Below, one piece after another: positions 19,384 through 30,418 of a stretch of DNA of 46,467 bases (the first letter of the stretch is position 1; each line of letters opens with the position of its first letter). The position numbers were made by a program, and so were the translations under genes. The notes below the pieces were generated by a model. It did no database searches, was not told where the DNA came from, and saw only the letters and a program-made list of their open reading frames with translations. The DNA lies in assembly GCA_002811645.1 (NCBI GenBank), contig PDIP01000097.1, positions 3,419-49,885 on the forward strand, written 5' to 3'. This DNA is from Corallochytrium limacisporum Hawaii (Eukaryota; Protista; Pluriformea).

Positions 19384-20462
19384 TCGCGAGGCCCGGGCGG
19401 CAGCTGGAGCACCCAGTGCGTAGGGGGCCCCGGGGAAGAAGGAGGCAAGAGGGCAGGCGCCTTTGGAATGGCATCCGGGGAATTCCCCGTCGCAGCGTAT
19501 TGGATCGGTGTCCCTCTGCGTATTTAATATTGGACCAACGCACTGGGCCGCAGGGATGATTTCCTTCTCGCTATTTTCTTTAGCTTTTTTCTATTTTTTC
19601 CCGTCCCTTTCTTCTTTCTCTCTTTTCGGGGCAACGTTCGCCAAAATCCTTCCCTCGCGCTGTGTCCCGATAACCATACATTGGCTTGCAACTTGCGTAC
19701 GTTCTTCCGGGACAAATTAAGCGACTCTCCCACGGTTTCATTCTCTTAGGAGGGCGCCCCTGGAAAGACTTTCAAGTGCTTCCCCCCTGCGCAACTTTCC
19801 CAAACATTTTTTTGTTTTTTTTTTTGGTGAGCGATGGAACCGGTAGTACTTTGGACATATGGAACCCAAATAGGCCGAAGTCAGCAAAGGAGCAGGACGG
19901 TGGCGGGCGGGTGTCAGAGAAAAAGGCCGGGGGGGGGGGGGGGTGGTGTGTGGTAAACCGGGAGAGAGCGAGAGGACGGCGGGGACTCACGATGGAACCG
20001 CGGGTACATGTGTACAACACGAGCACAACGGGCCAAACCAAACTGGGATACTGGGTCTAATTCAGACCTCTGGAAAGTGAGGTTGTCAAGTCGCTACGGA
20101 GGGTCTCTGTGGGGGCGCGGGAAGTGATCAGCAGACCATCTTCACCTGTGGGCACGGACAAGGCCGAAAGGGAAGAATTGGGGGGTGGTGGCAGAGAAAC
20201 AATCTGACCAGCTTGGGGGAACGCTCGGTTCCGATAGTCCTAAGAAAAGATCCCCTGTAGGGGGCAGGTGCGCAGCTGTGTGTCTGGACGACGTTGGCCG
20301 GCCTGGACATTGTCTGATACCATAACGCCACAAGATATTACGAATTACTGCTGTTTAACGTATGAGAAGCACATCATGTACAGTTGTGGGAATAGTTGTC
20401 AAGTATTGCTCATGAGGAGTAAGAGTGCTCCCACATAATCGCACCGAGGATGTAGCGAAAAG

Positions 20463-22649
20463 ATGGAACCGATACGCGACGAATCTCCCACTTCGGTGGA
20501 GCCGAGCTACGAAGAAGATTCCTCTTTACCACAGTCCCCGGGCCGGGTACAACCGAGTTTCAATGCTGCCTTAGCGAGAGCTGAACTGGCAGATCTTGTC
20601 GATGCAAGTAGCCGGGCTCACAGTCATGCGCAGGTGACACGAGAACATGTTTCAACCGGCCGGACCTTTGGCAGACTTGACGATGGATCGCTAGCTAAGG
20701 CCTGGCAAAAGACACGAGATGTGGTCTGGAAATATCGCCAGGGCTTCCATGACCTCTTTGCATTGCGGGAACTGGAGTCTCACCTAGATAAACCGCACGA
20801 GGAAAGGGTCGTTGCCCAGCCTGTATCATTCAAGAGGGTACGAGGTAGAAACTATGCGCTGGCGTATAGGGACAGTCGGGAACAGGAACAGTTCGGCAGC
20901 AGCGACGATGAGGTAGAACCACCTGTGGATATTGGGGAGCAAATTCCACTGACCAGTAGCCGGCTTTCGCCTCGAGATCCGGGTGTCCAAACTGGCACTG
21001 CTGCATATACCGGTCCGTCTCCCCACTCTCCTGTAGGGAACCACTTCATGCGAAAGGTAGGAACCACAGATTCAAAATTGAATGCAGCTCACGCGCTCGC
21101 CTGGGACCTATTCAAGCGACCGCCGTCGGTCCCGCGCGACGGACGCGAAAGCAGCAGAGAGCGCCATCCCTCGGCAAATCTCAGCCACGTCGAAACTGTG
21201 GAAAGTGTAGCGGCGGCCGAAACTGAAGAGCAGCAGTTTATCGACGAGCTTCGCTCGCAGTATCTACGGGACGCCATCAATTTTGATGATCTTGAAGCTG
21301 CACAAAACATTCCTACTGTCTTCATCCGTCCCGAGGATGTGTTTCTCAAACTCAGCCGCAGCTTCATGAACAACGGCTGTCCCGTGCATCGTTTAGAGCC
21401 GTTGATGAATGACTTGGCCCACCGCTTGGACTTTGTCTGCGAGATCATTGTGCAAACCGGTACTATTTTTTGTCTCTTCGGTGAGGGTCGGAATACTGAG
21501 ATGCACATGATCCGTGCCCCGGAAGGTCTGAACTCTGAGAAGTTGCAGTTGCTGGAACAGGTTGGACAGCTCCTCCTGAATGGTTCCATCAAGCGCTATG
21601 GCAAGGACAAAGATGCTTCCCTTGCTGACCGCACTGGCATGGCTGCAAGGGCATTGAACCATGTCTTACGCATGCCGGACCGTCCAGGTCCAATCGGCTT
21701 TGTACTCGGTCTTGCCGGAACGCCAGTGGCGGCTATGACACTCTTCTTTCCTGCAGACAACCTTGACCTAGGCATTGGCTTTTTGGTCGGTGGTTTCTTG
21801 GCGTGCATCAGTATGGTCGTAGGTCGAGTAGCTCCTCAGACTCATGACTATTACATGGCTTTCATTACGGGAATGGTAGTCACTTTACTAACCTACCTGA
21901 TAGGCGGAATCTGTTCCAGTGGGTTGAGTATCTCCGTGCTCATCCATCTGCTACCCGGTATGGGCATCACCATTTCCATTCTGGAGCTTATCACCAACAA
22001 CAAAACAAGTGGAACAAGTCGGTTTGTGTTCAGTCTGATTCTGGCATTTGGTATTGGCCTGTCCTTGGACTTTGGAACGCGGACCATGGGATTTCTTCTC
22101 GGCCTGTCACGCGATGATATAGTGGCTCTGGATGTCTGCGATGGCAATCCCTACCAACCGTACTTTGAGTGGCCTGCGGTGGTGCTGGCCGTCTATTCGA
22201 TCGCCACGCTCTTCGGGAGTCACCCTCGACAGATTCCGGCTGCCATTCCCGTTATTTTTGCCAGCTATGGCGTCTATCGCAGCCTCCGTCCTATGGCATC
22301 CAACATTGAAGCCACTATTGCCGGTGCATACGCAGTGGGCGTGGTATCTGACCTCATCGCTGAGTTTACACCTGTCCCAGATCTAGTTTTATCCCTGCCA
22401 GCCATTATGCTGCTTGTGCCGGGATCTTTGTCCCTCCTGACGGCGCAACATATCCTGAACAGTAATGTCGAAGCGAGCGTGACGTTTGGGTTCAACATTG
22501 TGGCCACGTCTGTGGCCATTGCATTTGGCCTCAAAGTTTCAGCGTTATTCAGCCTGCGCAAGCTCGACCGTCTCATTGTGTATGCTACGCGCGGTGTCTA
22601 CCCCGGAATCTTTGCACCCAGAGCTGATCTACACTTTTCAATGGTATAA
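20463..22649 (+). CDS. ThrE/DUF1212-family putative amino-acid exporter (fungal Prm10-like)
   Basis: LKLSRSFMNNGCPVHRLE, GLNSEKL, LLPGMGIT..ILEL....SG.SR and PAIMLLVPGSL motifs; about 10 TMs after a disordered N-terminus. Confidence 0.9.
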   Translation: MEPIRDESPTSVEPSYEEDSSLPQSPGRVQPSFNAALARAELADLVDASSRAHSHAQVTREHVSTGRTFGRLDDGSLAKAWQKTRDVVWKYRQGFHDLFALRELESHLDKPHEERVVAQPVSFKRVRGRNYALAYRDSREQEQFGSSDDEVEPPVDIGEQIPLTSSRLSPRDPGVQTGTAAYTGPSPHSPVGNHFMRKVGTTDSKLNAAHALAWDLFKRPPSVPRDGRESSRERHPSANLSHVETVESVAAAETEEQQFIDELRSQYLRDAINFDDLEAAQNIPTVFIRPEDVFLKLSRSFMNNGCPVHRLEPLMNDLAHRLDFVCEIIVQTGTIFCLFGEGRNTEMHMIRAPEGLNSEKLQLLEQVGQLLLNGSIKRYGKDKDASLADRTGMAARALNHVLRMPDRPGPIGFVLGLAGTPVAAMTLFFPADNLDLGIGFLVGGFLACISMVVGRVAPQTHDYYMAFITGMVVTLLTYLIGGICSSGLSISVLIHLLPGMGITISILELITNNKTSGTSRFVFSLILAFGIGLSLDFGTRTMGFLLGLSRDDIVALDVCDGNPYQPYFEWPAVVLAVYSIATLFGSHPRQIPAAIPVIFASYGVYRSLRPMASNIEATIAGAYAVGVVSDLIAEFTPVPDLVLSLPAIMLLVPGSLSLLTAQHILNSNVEASVTFGFNIVATSVAIAFGLKVSALFSLRKLDRLIVYATRGVYPGIFAPRADLHFSMV

Positions 22650-23493
22650 GGCCACAAGTGGCAACATAGGCAGCCTCCTTTAGTTCCACGACGATCGCTG
22701 TTCTCACTCCGTGAGACTGTCAGTGAACACTCGTGCTTCCCCCTTAGCTTTCTTTGTGTATTGGTCGTACTAGCGTACTACCCTCCGTACAACCCTATAC
22801 ATTAACTATGTTGAAAACATCCAGGCTCCGTTCCCTATGGGATTACTATTTGGTGTAGGCACAGTACTGAATGTACCGAGAGGGACATATTTCCTTGCTA
22901 GCAATAGTGAACATACTGGAAAGACCGATCCCCTTCTCCTTGCTACTTGTACCACCTACCCAGAACCCGTGCCCTCTGGCCGTTCCGGTTGGTACCCCAC
23001 GTGTGCTAGTGCTTTGCACTCGCTGCCACAGAGAATTGGACTTTGCGTGTGTGCGCGTGCGTCAAAAGGTGTGCGGTTGGAAGCAGAGGGGTGTGTTTTG
23101 TTTGCATATGCATACAAAACTGCGATTCGATTACATTGTATAGCCTTCGGAAATGTAGGATTGACACGCTCCTGTGACCTTCTAGGTGATTGTGCAGAGG
23201 AGCGTTTATTACTCAGTGTTCTGGTGTGCCTGGCTTCGTGGCCTGCATTGTATACTGTTCTAGGCGCGTCCACTAGGGTGCACAAGTATGATGAAGAGGT
23301 AGAGGTGTGGGGTATGATGGTAACCCTATATCAGAATCACTGGTATTTAAATATCAATCGGGCTAGCAAGGTGTCTTATTATATACTTTCAGCGAAAGGG
23401 AGCAAGACGTATCTTTTTGAAACCATTTGCAAGCGTTTAAGTGCGGCATCAGAGCAGGTGTATAGAATTTGAAACACATATATCAGTGACATA

Positions 23494-23701
23494 ATGAGGC
23501 CAATTCTTCTACAGGGTCACGAACGGTCCCTGACCATGATCAAATACAACCGTGAAGGTGATTTGTTGTTCTCTTCAGCGAAGGATAAGTCCCCCACGGT
23601 TTGGCGCACAAACAATGGTGAGCGTCTAGGTACTTTTGAGGGACACAACGGTGCTGTTTGGTGCATTGATGTCAATTATGACACTTCTCTGGTTATGACA
23701 G
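23494..23701 (+). CDS. EIF3I: eIF3 subunit i, exon 1
   Basis: [29 protein letters not shown]; ends at a G|GTAAGT donor. Confidence 0.97.
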
Positions 23702-24183
23702 GTAAGTAAAACTTTAATTGTTTGGCTAGGTCTCGGGGTAACAGAAGAATGGACGTGAAGTCGGAAAATCAGAGAACTCGAAGCCAGGAGATCGGTTTGG
23801 AATCAGTACTGACACTAGGAATTTTATCATGAGAGAAACAGAATCTCTCCCCGCGCCTGTCAAACAGTGGCGTCTGTTATATCAATGAGGCGTTGTTGCC
23901 GCTTGGCGCGCATATTCCATACTGTGGATGGGGCACATATTCAGTGGCCGGTTATGTCAATGTTCCATTTTGGCGCGTGGCCAGTCCACCTGCTTGAGTG
24001 TCCTATAGCTTTTTTCCTCGCTTTCAAGTTTCACTCGAATTCCGTTTCTTCCCAAACTCTTCATTGAACTGGTCGTGACCCAGGGGTCTCATACCCAAGG
24101 ATCTTCCGCCAATTTCTTCGGAGTCAGGAGATCATTGTATACTAACCCATGTTGTTACTCTTATACCAATTTCACAATTACAG
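23702..24183 (+). other. Spliceosomal intron (482 nt, phase 1)
   Basis: GTAAGT at 23702, TACTAAC at 24140-24146, TACAG ending at 24183. Splicing restores VMTGSADSSARLW and a 326-aa eIF3i. Confidence 0.95.
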
Positions 24184-24956
24184 GATCTGCCGATTCATCT
24201 GCACGCCTCTGGGAAGCTAAGACGGGCAAAGAACTGCACTGTTTCCAATGCGAGACCGCCGTACGTAGCCTGGCCTTTGGTGCCAGCGGTATCTCCGTTG
24301 CGTTCACAACCGATGCTACTCTAGGACGGAAGAGTCGTTTATTCATCTGGGATCTGGATAAGACTACCAAATTACCCGTCGGTGATGAACCTCGCCTAAA
24401 CATTGAGGTACCTCACTCCAAAATCACTTGCCTGGTCTGGGGTCCCCTGGACAAGACAGTCTTCACTGGGCACGAGAACGGTAATCTCATCCAATGGGAT
24501 GCCAAAACCGGGGAGCGTTTAGAAACTTCTGAGGAGCATGACCGCCAGATTAACAGTGTCAACACGTACCCTGATGGATCTATGTTTGTAACCTCATCGC
24601 GTGACTTTACTGCCAAGTTGTGGGATGCGTATACTTTCAAGTGTGTGCACACATACAAGACTGAGAAGCCAGTCAACAGCTCTGCGATCTCTCCAATTAA
24701 GGACCACGTTGTGCTCGGTGGTGGTCAAGACGCCAAAGATGTCACAACCACTGCAGCTCAGATGGGTCAATTCGAAGCCCGCTTTTTCCACCTTGTATTT
24801 GAGGAGGAGATCTGCCGGCTGAAAGGTCACTTTGGTCCCATCAATACGGTTGCTTTCCACCCTTCCGGGCGGTCGTTTGCCAGTGGTGGTGAGGATGGTT
24901 TTATTCGCCTGCAAACCTTTGACCCTGAGTACTACAGTGTTGAGTTTGAGTACTGA
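24184..24956 (+). CDS. EIF3I: eIF3 subunit i, exon 2
   Basis: WD40 repeats; GGGQDAKDVTTT and KGHFGPINT.AFHP.G.SFASGGEDGF.R. Confidence 0.97.
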
Positions 24957-25148
24957 TTGCGAATGAGATGAACAGGCTTTTGTCTTGATCACATTGACAT
25001 CCAACACTTCCCTGCCATTGTGTGACTAAGTAAAAAATCGTAACATTTACATCTAATCATGATGAGGATTTGTTTATCATGTTGCATGCTGCGTGTTAAA
25101 TCAAACAGTAGTGATGTGAGACAGAAATGTCGAGTCATGGCATGGTCT

Positions 25149-26561
25149 TTACAAGAGCACAAATCCACAATCCTGTGCCTTCATTTCTGGACAGTAGAAA
25201 TTGTACAGATAGTACTGCAAGTTTCCATCACCCTTGCCAAAGTTAAGATCAGCGAACACGGCCTGGTTGTCCATAATGTCTAGGGCGTTGAAGACATCAC
25301 AGCCCTCGTTCTTGGCCACAATCAGCATATCACGCAACAGATCCTTCAATCCGTGCTTGAAAGGAGCGTAGTAGAAGCAGTAGGCCACCTTCAGATTCGA
25401 GTGCTTGTCGTTGTTCAGCACACTGCTATTCAGGATGTAGAAAGAGATGAAATCGGTGAGCTTCTTACTGTCCGGATTCTGAACAACGTAAGTCTCCACG
25501 ACATCGTCACGTGGGAGAAGCCAGTGCGCGACCTCGTCCTCGTTCATCACCGGAACCAGACGCTTGTTACTCAGGTACTTTCGCAACAGAACCTGCACCT
25601 CAGGTACGTCCTCCTTTGTCATCTGCCGCAGTCCCGTAGTGTGTGTCTCCTTGGGCAGTTTGTAGAGCTTCAGCATGCGTTGCATGGTTTGATTGCGAGG
25701 AATGTAGCTAAACTTAGTATCAACAAGCTTTTTGAAATTTAAACTGCGGTGCCAGTAGGTGGTACGCGTCACAGGGCGTGGAATAACGATACCACCTGTG
25801 TAAATGGCCTGGAAAATGCCTTTGATGTGAACACGACGAGTAATCTCTTTGATCAGTACCGGTGCCAAACGCTTCGTTCTCAGTTTCTTATGCACACAGA
25901 GAAAATTGACCTCGACCATACGTTTTTGTTGGTTCACCACGTGCACATCAGCTGGGATGGCAGAAATAAAGGCTACCAATTTCTTGTTGGCCTGCACCCG
26001 CACACCGCAGTGCCACAACTGTTCCCACCCAGGAGGACAAAGGGCCCACTTAAGGAATGGCCGCGAATAGTCAAAACGAAACACAGCGTCATCGTCTTCA
26101 ACGTAGTTACCGTAAAGCAAATCGTATACTTCCGTAAGCTGCGCTTCGTCCGTAATGTCAACCGTGTCCCACACGAACTGAGACGGCAGTTTGTAAGGCT
26201 CCTGCCGGATCTCATCCGGCGCTTTGTCATCTTCAATGGCACCAATTCCAGCTTTTCCCTTCTCTGGATCGGTAAATTGAGGCACAGGCTGCGTCTTCCA
26301 AAACTTATGCTCCTTATCCGGAGTTGCGTCCTTGCCTTGGCCTTCATTGTACTGTGCGATCATCTGGCGCAGTTGGTCCATAGATTCCTTGTCGGTTCCC
26401 TCAGGAAGTGTACCACCCGCCTGCATTTGGGCGAGCATTTTCTGGGCTTCTTCTCCGATATCGTCAAGACCCATTTGTTTTATCATCTGCTCAGCCAGGC
26501 CATCAGTGAAGGCAGCCTCGTCGGGGGCCATGGGCCTTCCGTTGTCTCGCTCCTCAGACAT
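25149..26561 (-). CDS. NMT: Glycylpeptide N-myristoyltransferase
   Basis: HKFWKTQPVP, NYVEDDD..FRFDYS, EVNFLCVHKKLRTKRLAPVLIKEITRR, FGKGDGNLQYYLYN. First ATG is at 26561 (MSEERD). Confidence 0.98.
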   Translation of the reverse strand: MSEERDNGRPMAPDEAAFTDGLAEQMIKQMGLDDIGEEAQKMLAQMQAGGTLPEGTDKESMDQLRQMIAQYNEGQGKDATPDKEHKFWKTQPVPQFTDPEKGKAGIGAIEDDKAPDEIRQEPYKLPSQFVWDTVDITDEAQLTEVYDLLYGNYVEDDDAVFRFDYSRPFLKWALCPPGWEQLWHCGVRVQANKKLVAFISAIPADVHVVNQQKRMVEVNFLCVHKKLRTKRLAPVLIKEITRRVHIKGIFQAIYTGGIVIPRPVTRTTYWHRSLNFKKLVDTKFSYIPRNQTMQRMLKLYKLPKETHTTGLRQMTKEDVPEVQVLLRKYLSNKRLVPVMNEDEVAHWLLPRDDVVETYVVQNPDSKKLTDFISFYILNSSVLNNDKHSNLKVAYCFYYAPFKHGLKDLLRDMLIVAKNEGCDVFNALDIMDNQAVFADLNFGKGDGNLQYYLYNFYCPEMKAQDCGFVLL

Positions 26562-27679
26562 TACCTTTGGTTTCCGTACTAGTGATTCTTTACAGAGGAC
26601 CAGATCTAAGGTAAGCACATTGTAGACACCACCTCGCACCAAGGCCGCTAGTTATTTCTGAAATACTTCACAGTGGACTGCAGTTGCTCCAAAAGGGGCT
26701 AACCGGCTTTCTCGCGGCGTGTCCTCTCCTGATTTTGTTTTCGATCCCTTGGGACTACGTGAAGCATCCGTACCCCTTCCTCCCCGGGTGCCTAATGGAG
26801 GCAGTGGCGCTGGCGACACAAAGTGCCACCAAGTACAATCACAACCGCACGTGTTGTTGCCTATGGCTGCCACACTGCTGCGTAACACTGGCTGGGGGGC
26901 CCTCCCCTATCCCGGAATTTTGGCCAAAGCCTGTAGGTTTGCTTTTCTTTCTTGTGTGTTCTTGCGCTATGCTTCAGCCACCCTAATCGCAACAACCGGG
27001 CCACTCTCTCTCCCGCTGGACCTTGACTAAAATTAGGCCCCTAAATTTCCTTTTTATAGATTCTAATCAAAGGTATATTAAAATGTGCTGGGATGCACTC
27101 CGGGAGTCTAATATTTCCCTGTACTTTTCCGAAGGGCCCCCTTCTCCCAAAGACCCGCAATCTCTTCGTTCGCTCTCGCTCTTCACGCTTGTGTCGGTGG
27201 TCTCCCCCTCCCAAATTTCTTCGAACGAAGAATTTATGATGAGGTTTTTATCTCTCCAGTCCCAGTCCCATTCTGAGATCACATTTCGCGGCAGTAGGAA
27301 TTGTAAGACGAACCCGTGGTTTCGAAGAAAATAGGACGAAAGTAAAATTGGGGTATACCGGGATAAAATTGGTAGTTCAACCACCAGGGCGAAAACAGCG
27401 TGAAAGGCGAGGAAATTCTGTTGCGGGGGGCCCGCAATCTGGACAGCGGAGCAACTGCATGGTTTTCAATTTTTGGACACTCGAAACTCCGGACGAGGCC
27501 GGTTTGGGTGCGGCTGACTGCATGGCTGTGGGCAGCAGTGAGCGAGAATCGCTATGCGTAGCAGCGCATCTATCGAGTTTGTTGCACTACTAACCAAGAG
27601 TAATGAGAGGAGCTGTCTTATTGTATGGATTCTGCTGCTGGAGAATCATGTATGATAGCCCTAGGAGCATGCTGAATGG

Positions 27680-28572
27680 ATGTCAAGTGCCAAGCAATTT
27701 GCAAAGAAACCACGTTTCGCTCTCGAACCTAATGTGGAATACGCCATCAAGACCCTAAGCTTCCCTGAGCCATTCTTGAGTACGGCCACTTAGTCTTATT
27801 CCAACGCGTAGGGACACACGTTCGCACACACATGAAGAACCAAATCCGTGACAGCTTAGTTGCTGGAGAACATCATTGATCCACCATAACGAGCATCATG
27901 GACAATACAATCCAGTCCAACTGCTACAGTTCACGATGACTTTTCTAGACCGAATCATATCATAAATGGATGTGCATGACCGTATGCACGAGTGTTTGGG
28001 GACGATGATCTGAGTGATGATGTCGTGTCCTTGAGCTGGGACGTCAAGGTTGATGATGGACCCGCCTATTGTTTTGCGTCAGAACTGCTAACAGACCGAA
28101 TCCTTCTCAGGCTGGTCTCCTATCTCCGAACAATCCTCACCGGCACGGAACTGTATGATTCTGGTACGCCCGAGTGCGGTCTCGGGATAAAGAGCGAGCA
28201 AGATCATCACTCCTCAACATAGATTTGCTAGCAAAAATAAGAGGTATGTGCATTGCAAGCATTAATTCTGATTTCCCCATACATAGGCAGAACGCGTTTG
28301 CCTCAGCGTAGGTGAACTACTGAAGCATCCAGTAGCATACTTACCCGCTTAGCCCTTCCTTTACCTAGCTCTGGAGAGGTGGTGCAATGGGCCATCGCCA
28401 TCTACGAGTACATCGTGTCAGAATAGTCAGAGGCTGGTCGCAAGCAAACCAACAATCCCCGAATCATCTGATGTTGTATGCGTATGTCTTCAACAGGAAA
28501 TATGACCTGGAACTCAAGCTCCGTGGAAAATGTCACATACAGGATGCATGTCACATTGATCAGCACACATAG
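27680..28572 (+). pseudogene. Possible heavily decayed gene relic (unidentified)
   Basis: Complex, coding-like composition next to a promoter-like region. One frame from ATG 27680 gives protein-like blocks interrupted by about a dozen stops. Confidence 0.3.
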
Positions 28573-28734
28573 CAATCTGAGCTCCGTACAAACTCACACG
28601 GGGCACACGGCACATACACATGGTTGCACTGCTCTATTTCTCGGCACCACATTCCGATCCATCTGCCGGGCTACGGAGTCAGCTCCCTGCAATTTTTCTC
28701 TATGCCTCGTTGTGCGGCAGCAACTCTCTGTCTG

Positions 28735-30045
28735 TCTCCCCTCCCCTCCCCCCCCTCTGTGACCGGTCGGTCAATCTTCTCCCCTTTCACCGGGGGAGGG
28801 GTCAGGGTTGCAAAACGAACCGAGTGGTTCTCTCAAACTTCAGAGTGAGAGAGGGCCTGGGGGAGAGGGGCACCGTAGGTGGCTTTTTCTTCTCCATTTC
28901 CACTAAGGGCGTCTCTCAAGTAAACTTAAAATTACTCGCTCATTTCCATCTCTCCCTCTCTCTCTCTCGCTCTCTCTTTCTCTCTCCGTCTCTCTCTCTC
29001 TCTCCGTTCGGGGGTTAGGGCTTCATCAGCGGTCCTGAGGCGACAGTGCCTCCTCCTCTTCCCACTCCCACCTGAGTCTCGGTTTCCTCTTCGCACTTCT
29101 CCCAATTTCTTTAATTCCCCTGTTTTTTTTTTCGTGTGGGGCGTGTGCGTTTATGTCTTTGTTTTTGCCCTTGCCGGGCCTAAACCCTAACCTCCCCACC
29201 GGGGCCCCTCTCCCTCTGTCTGTCTGTCTGTCTGGCGGCCTGTGCTGTGCCGGGGGTTGCAGGCCAGGCGTTTAAAAAGCCAAGAGAGACGCAAAATGGC
29301 ATTCGAACGTATTGCAGGCACACATTTCATACATTCACTATAGAACGAAGCCAAATATGTCCAATTCATCTATTTTTTTTTCTTGTGTCCTTCGGAGTTT
29401 GTTCCCCTTGGGCATGCCTTTTATGTTTCTGAGTTAACTTTTTGTATTCGATGGCCTGTCGGAAGGGGGGGGGGGCCGGGAGAAGGATCTAACTCAGGAT
29501 TCGGAAGGAAAAAGTTAAAAAAATGGGCCAAAGAAAACACACAAGAATAAAAGAAAATACCCGAGGAAGAATTGGACAAGGGGGTCAAAGAGGAGAGCAT
29601 AGTGAAAGGGGCGCGGTGGGGAGAGGGGGGGGGGAGAAAAGTCAATATACCCCACCCAATGGTACCGGTGGGAAAGAGGTGTACAGCCCAATACAGCCGC
29701 CGTATGGAAGCCAAACAAGAGGACCTGAAAAAAAATGCGGCGGTGGGCATACCTACCACGCCCACACTTCTTACCGTCACAGACGCAAACACATACTCAC
29801 TCACACTCAGGGGGTGAGAGGGAAGTCATGACTTGGATACCGGCCCACCCGCAGGCAGCTGCGGTGGTGTGCTTATACATTCCTCTGCCCAGCGTACGGG
29901 CCAACATTGTCCCAGTGCGGCCTGTCCGACGGCCTCGTGTACACTGAGCAATTTGCTTGCGCACATAGGCGCCGGCACCAACCCTCCTTCCCCTCGCCCC
30001 TCCCCTCCCCTCCCCAAGGGTTGGGAGGGGGGGGGAAGGAGACAA
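28735..30045. promoter_or_regulatory. Extended low-complexity upstream region with repeated pyrimidine-to-purine modules and an imperfect (CT)n
   Basis: (CT)n at about 28948-29004, T-tracts then A/G-tracts, inverted arms ctccttcccc (29984-29993) and ggggaaggag (30032-30041). Confidence 0.5.
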
Positions 30046-30418
30046 CCGAAGCAATGACACAAGATGTGGAATCATCTCGACATACCAAAGGGCAAGATGG
30101 TCTGAATTCTGATTAGATCATCTGAATTAGGAAGGGATATAGATCTCAATTGGGTTTTGGCAAGAGTTTGGGACCTGACCCAAGGCTGTTAATCATTGTT
30201 TCAGTCATTAGTGAGGTTATAACTTCCGTCCTCGCGAGGTCAGATTATGACCAGCGTTTGGTGACGAGCACACTGCATATCATCATCAGTCGGGACAGGT
30301 ACTAGACAGAAACAATGGATCCACCCCAGGAAGAACAAAGACACCTCTCTTGCGGATCCCTTCCGATATTCAGGTTCATACCAGAAATTGAACTCGCAAT
30401 CAACAACTCTCTTGCACG

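Noticed and set aside
23321-23328. Telomerase template TAACCCTA, or AACCCTATA as a 9-bp target-site duplication with 22791-22799
   Set aside because: No recognisable pseudoknot context and no terminal inverted repeats.
23852-23990. H/ACA or U17/snR30 snoRNA in the intron (GCATATTCC resembles m1)
   Set aside because: No ANANNA hinge box, no terminal ACA, and no m2 motif in position.
24077-24112. RNase MRP-like 3' motif (ACCCAGGGGTCTCA) in the eIF3i intron
   Set aside because: No matching GARAGUCCCC-type 5' P4 strand and no CR-IV found.
27303-27600. Second intron (GTAAGA...TACTAAC at 27588)
   Set aside because: No convincing YAG acceptor or pyrimidine tract, and one extra heptamer is expected by chance.
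28337-28345. U1 snRNA 5' end ATACTTACC
   Set aside because: No U1 stem-loops or Sm site follow.
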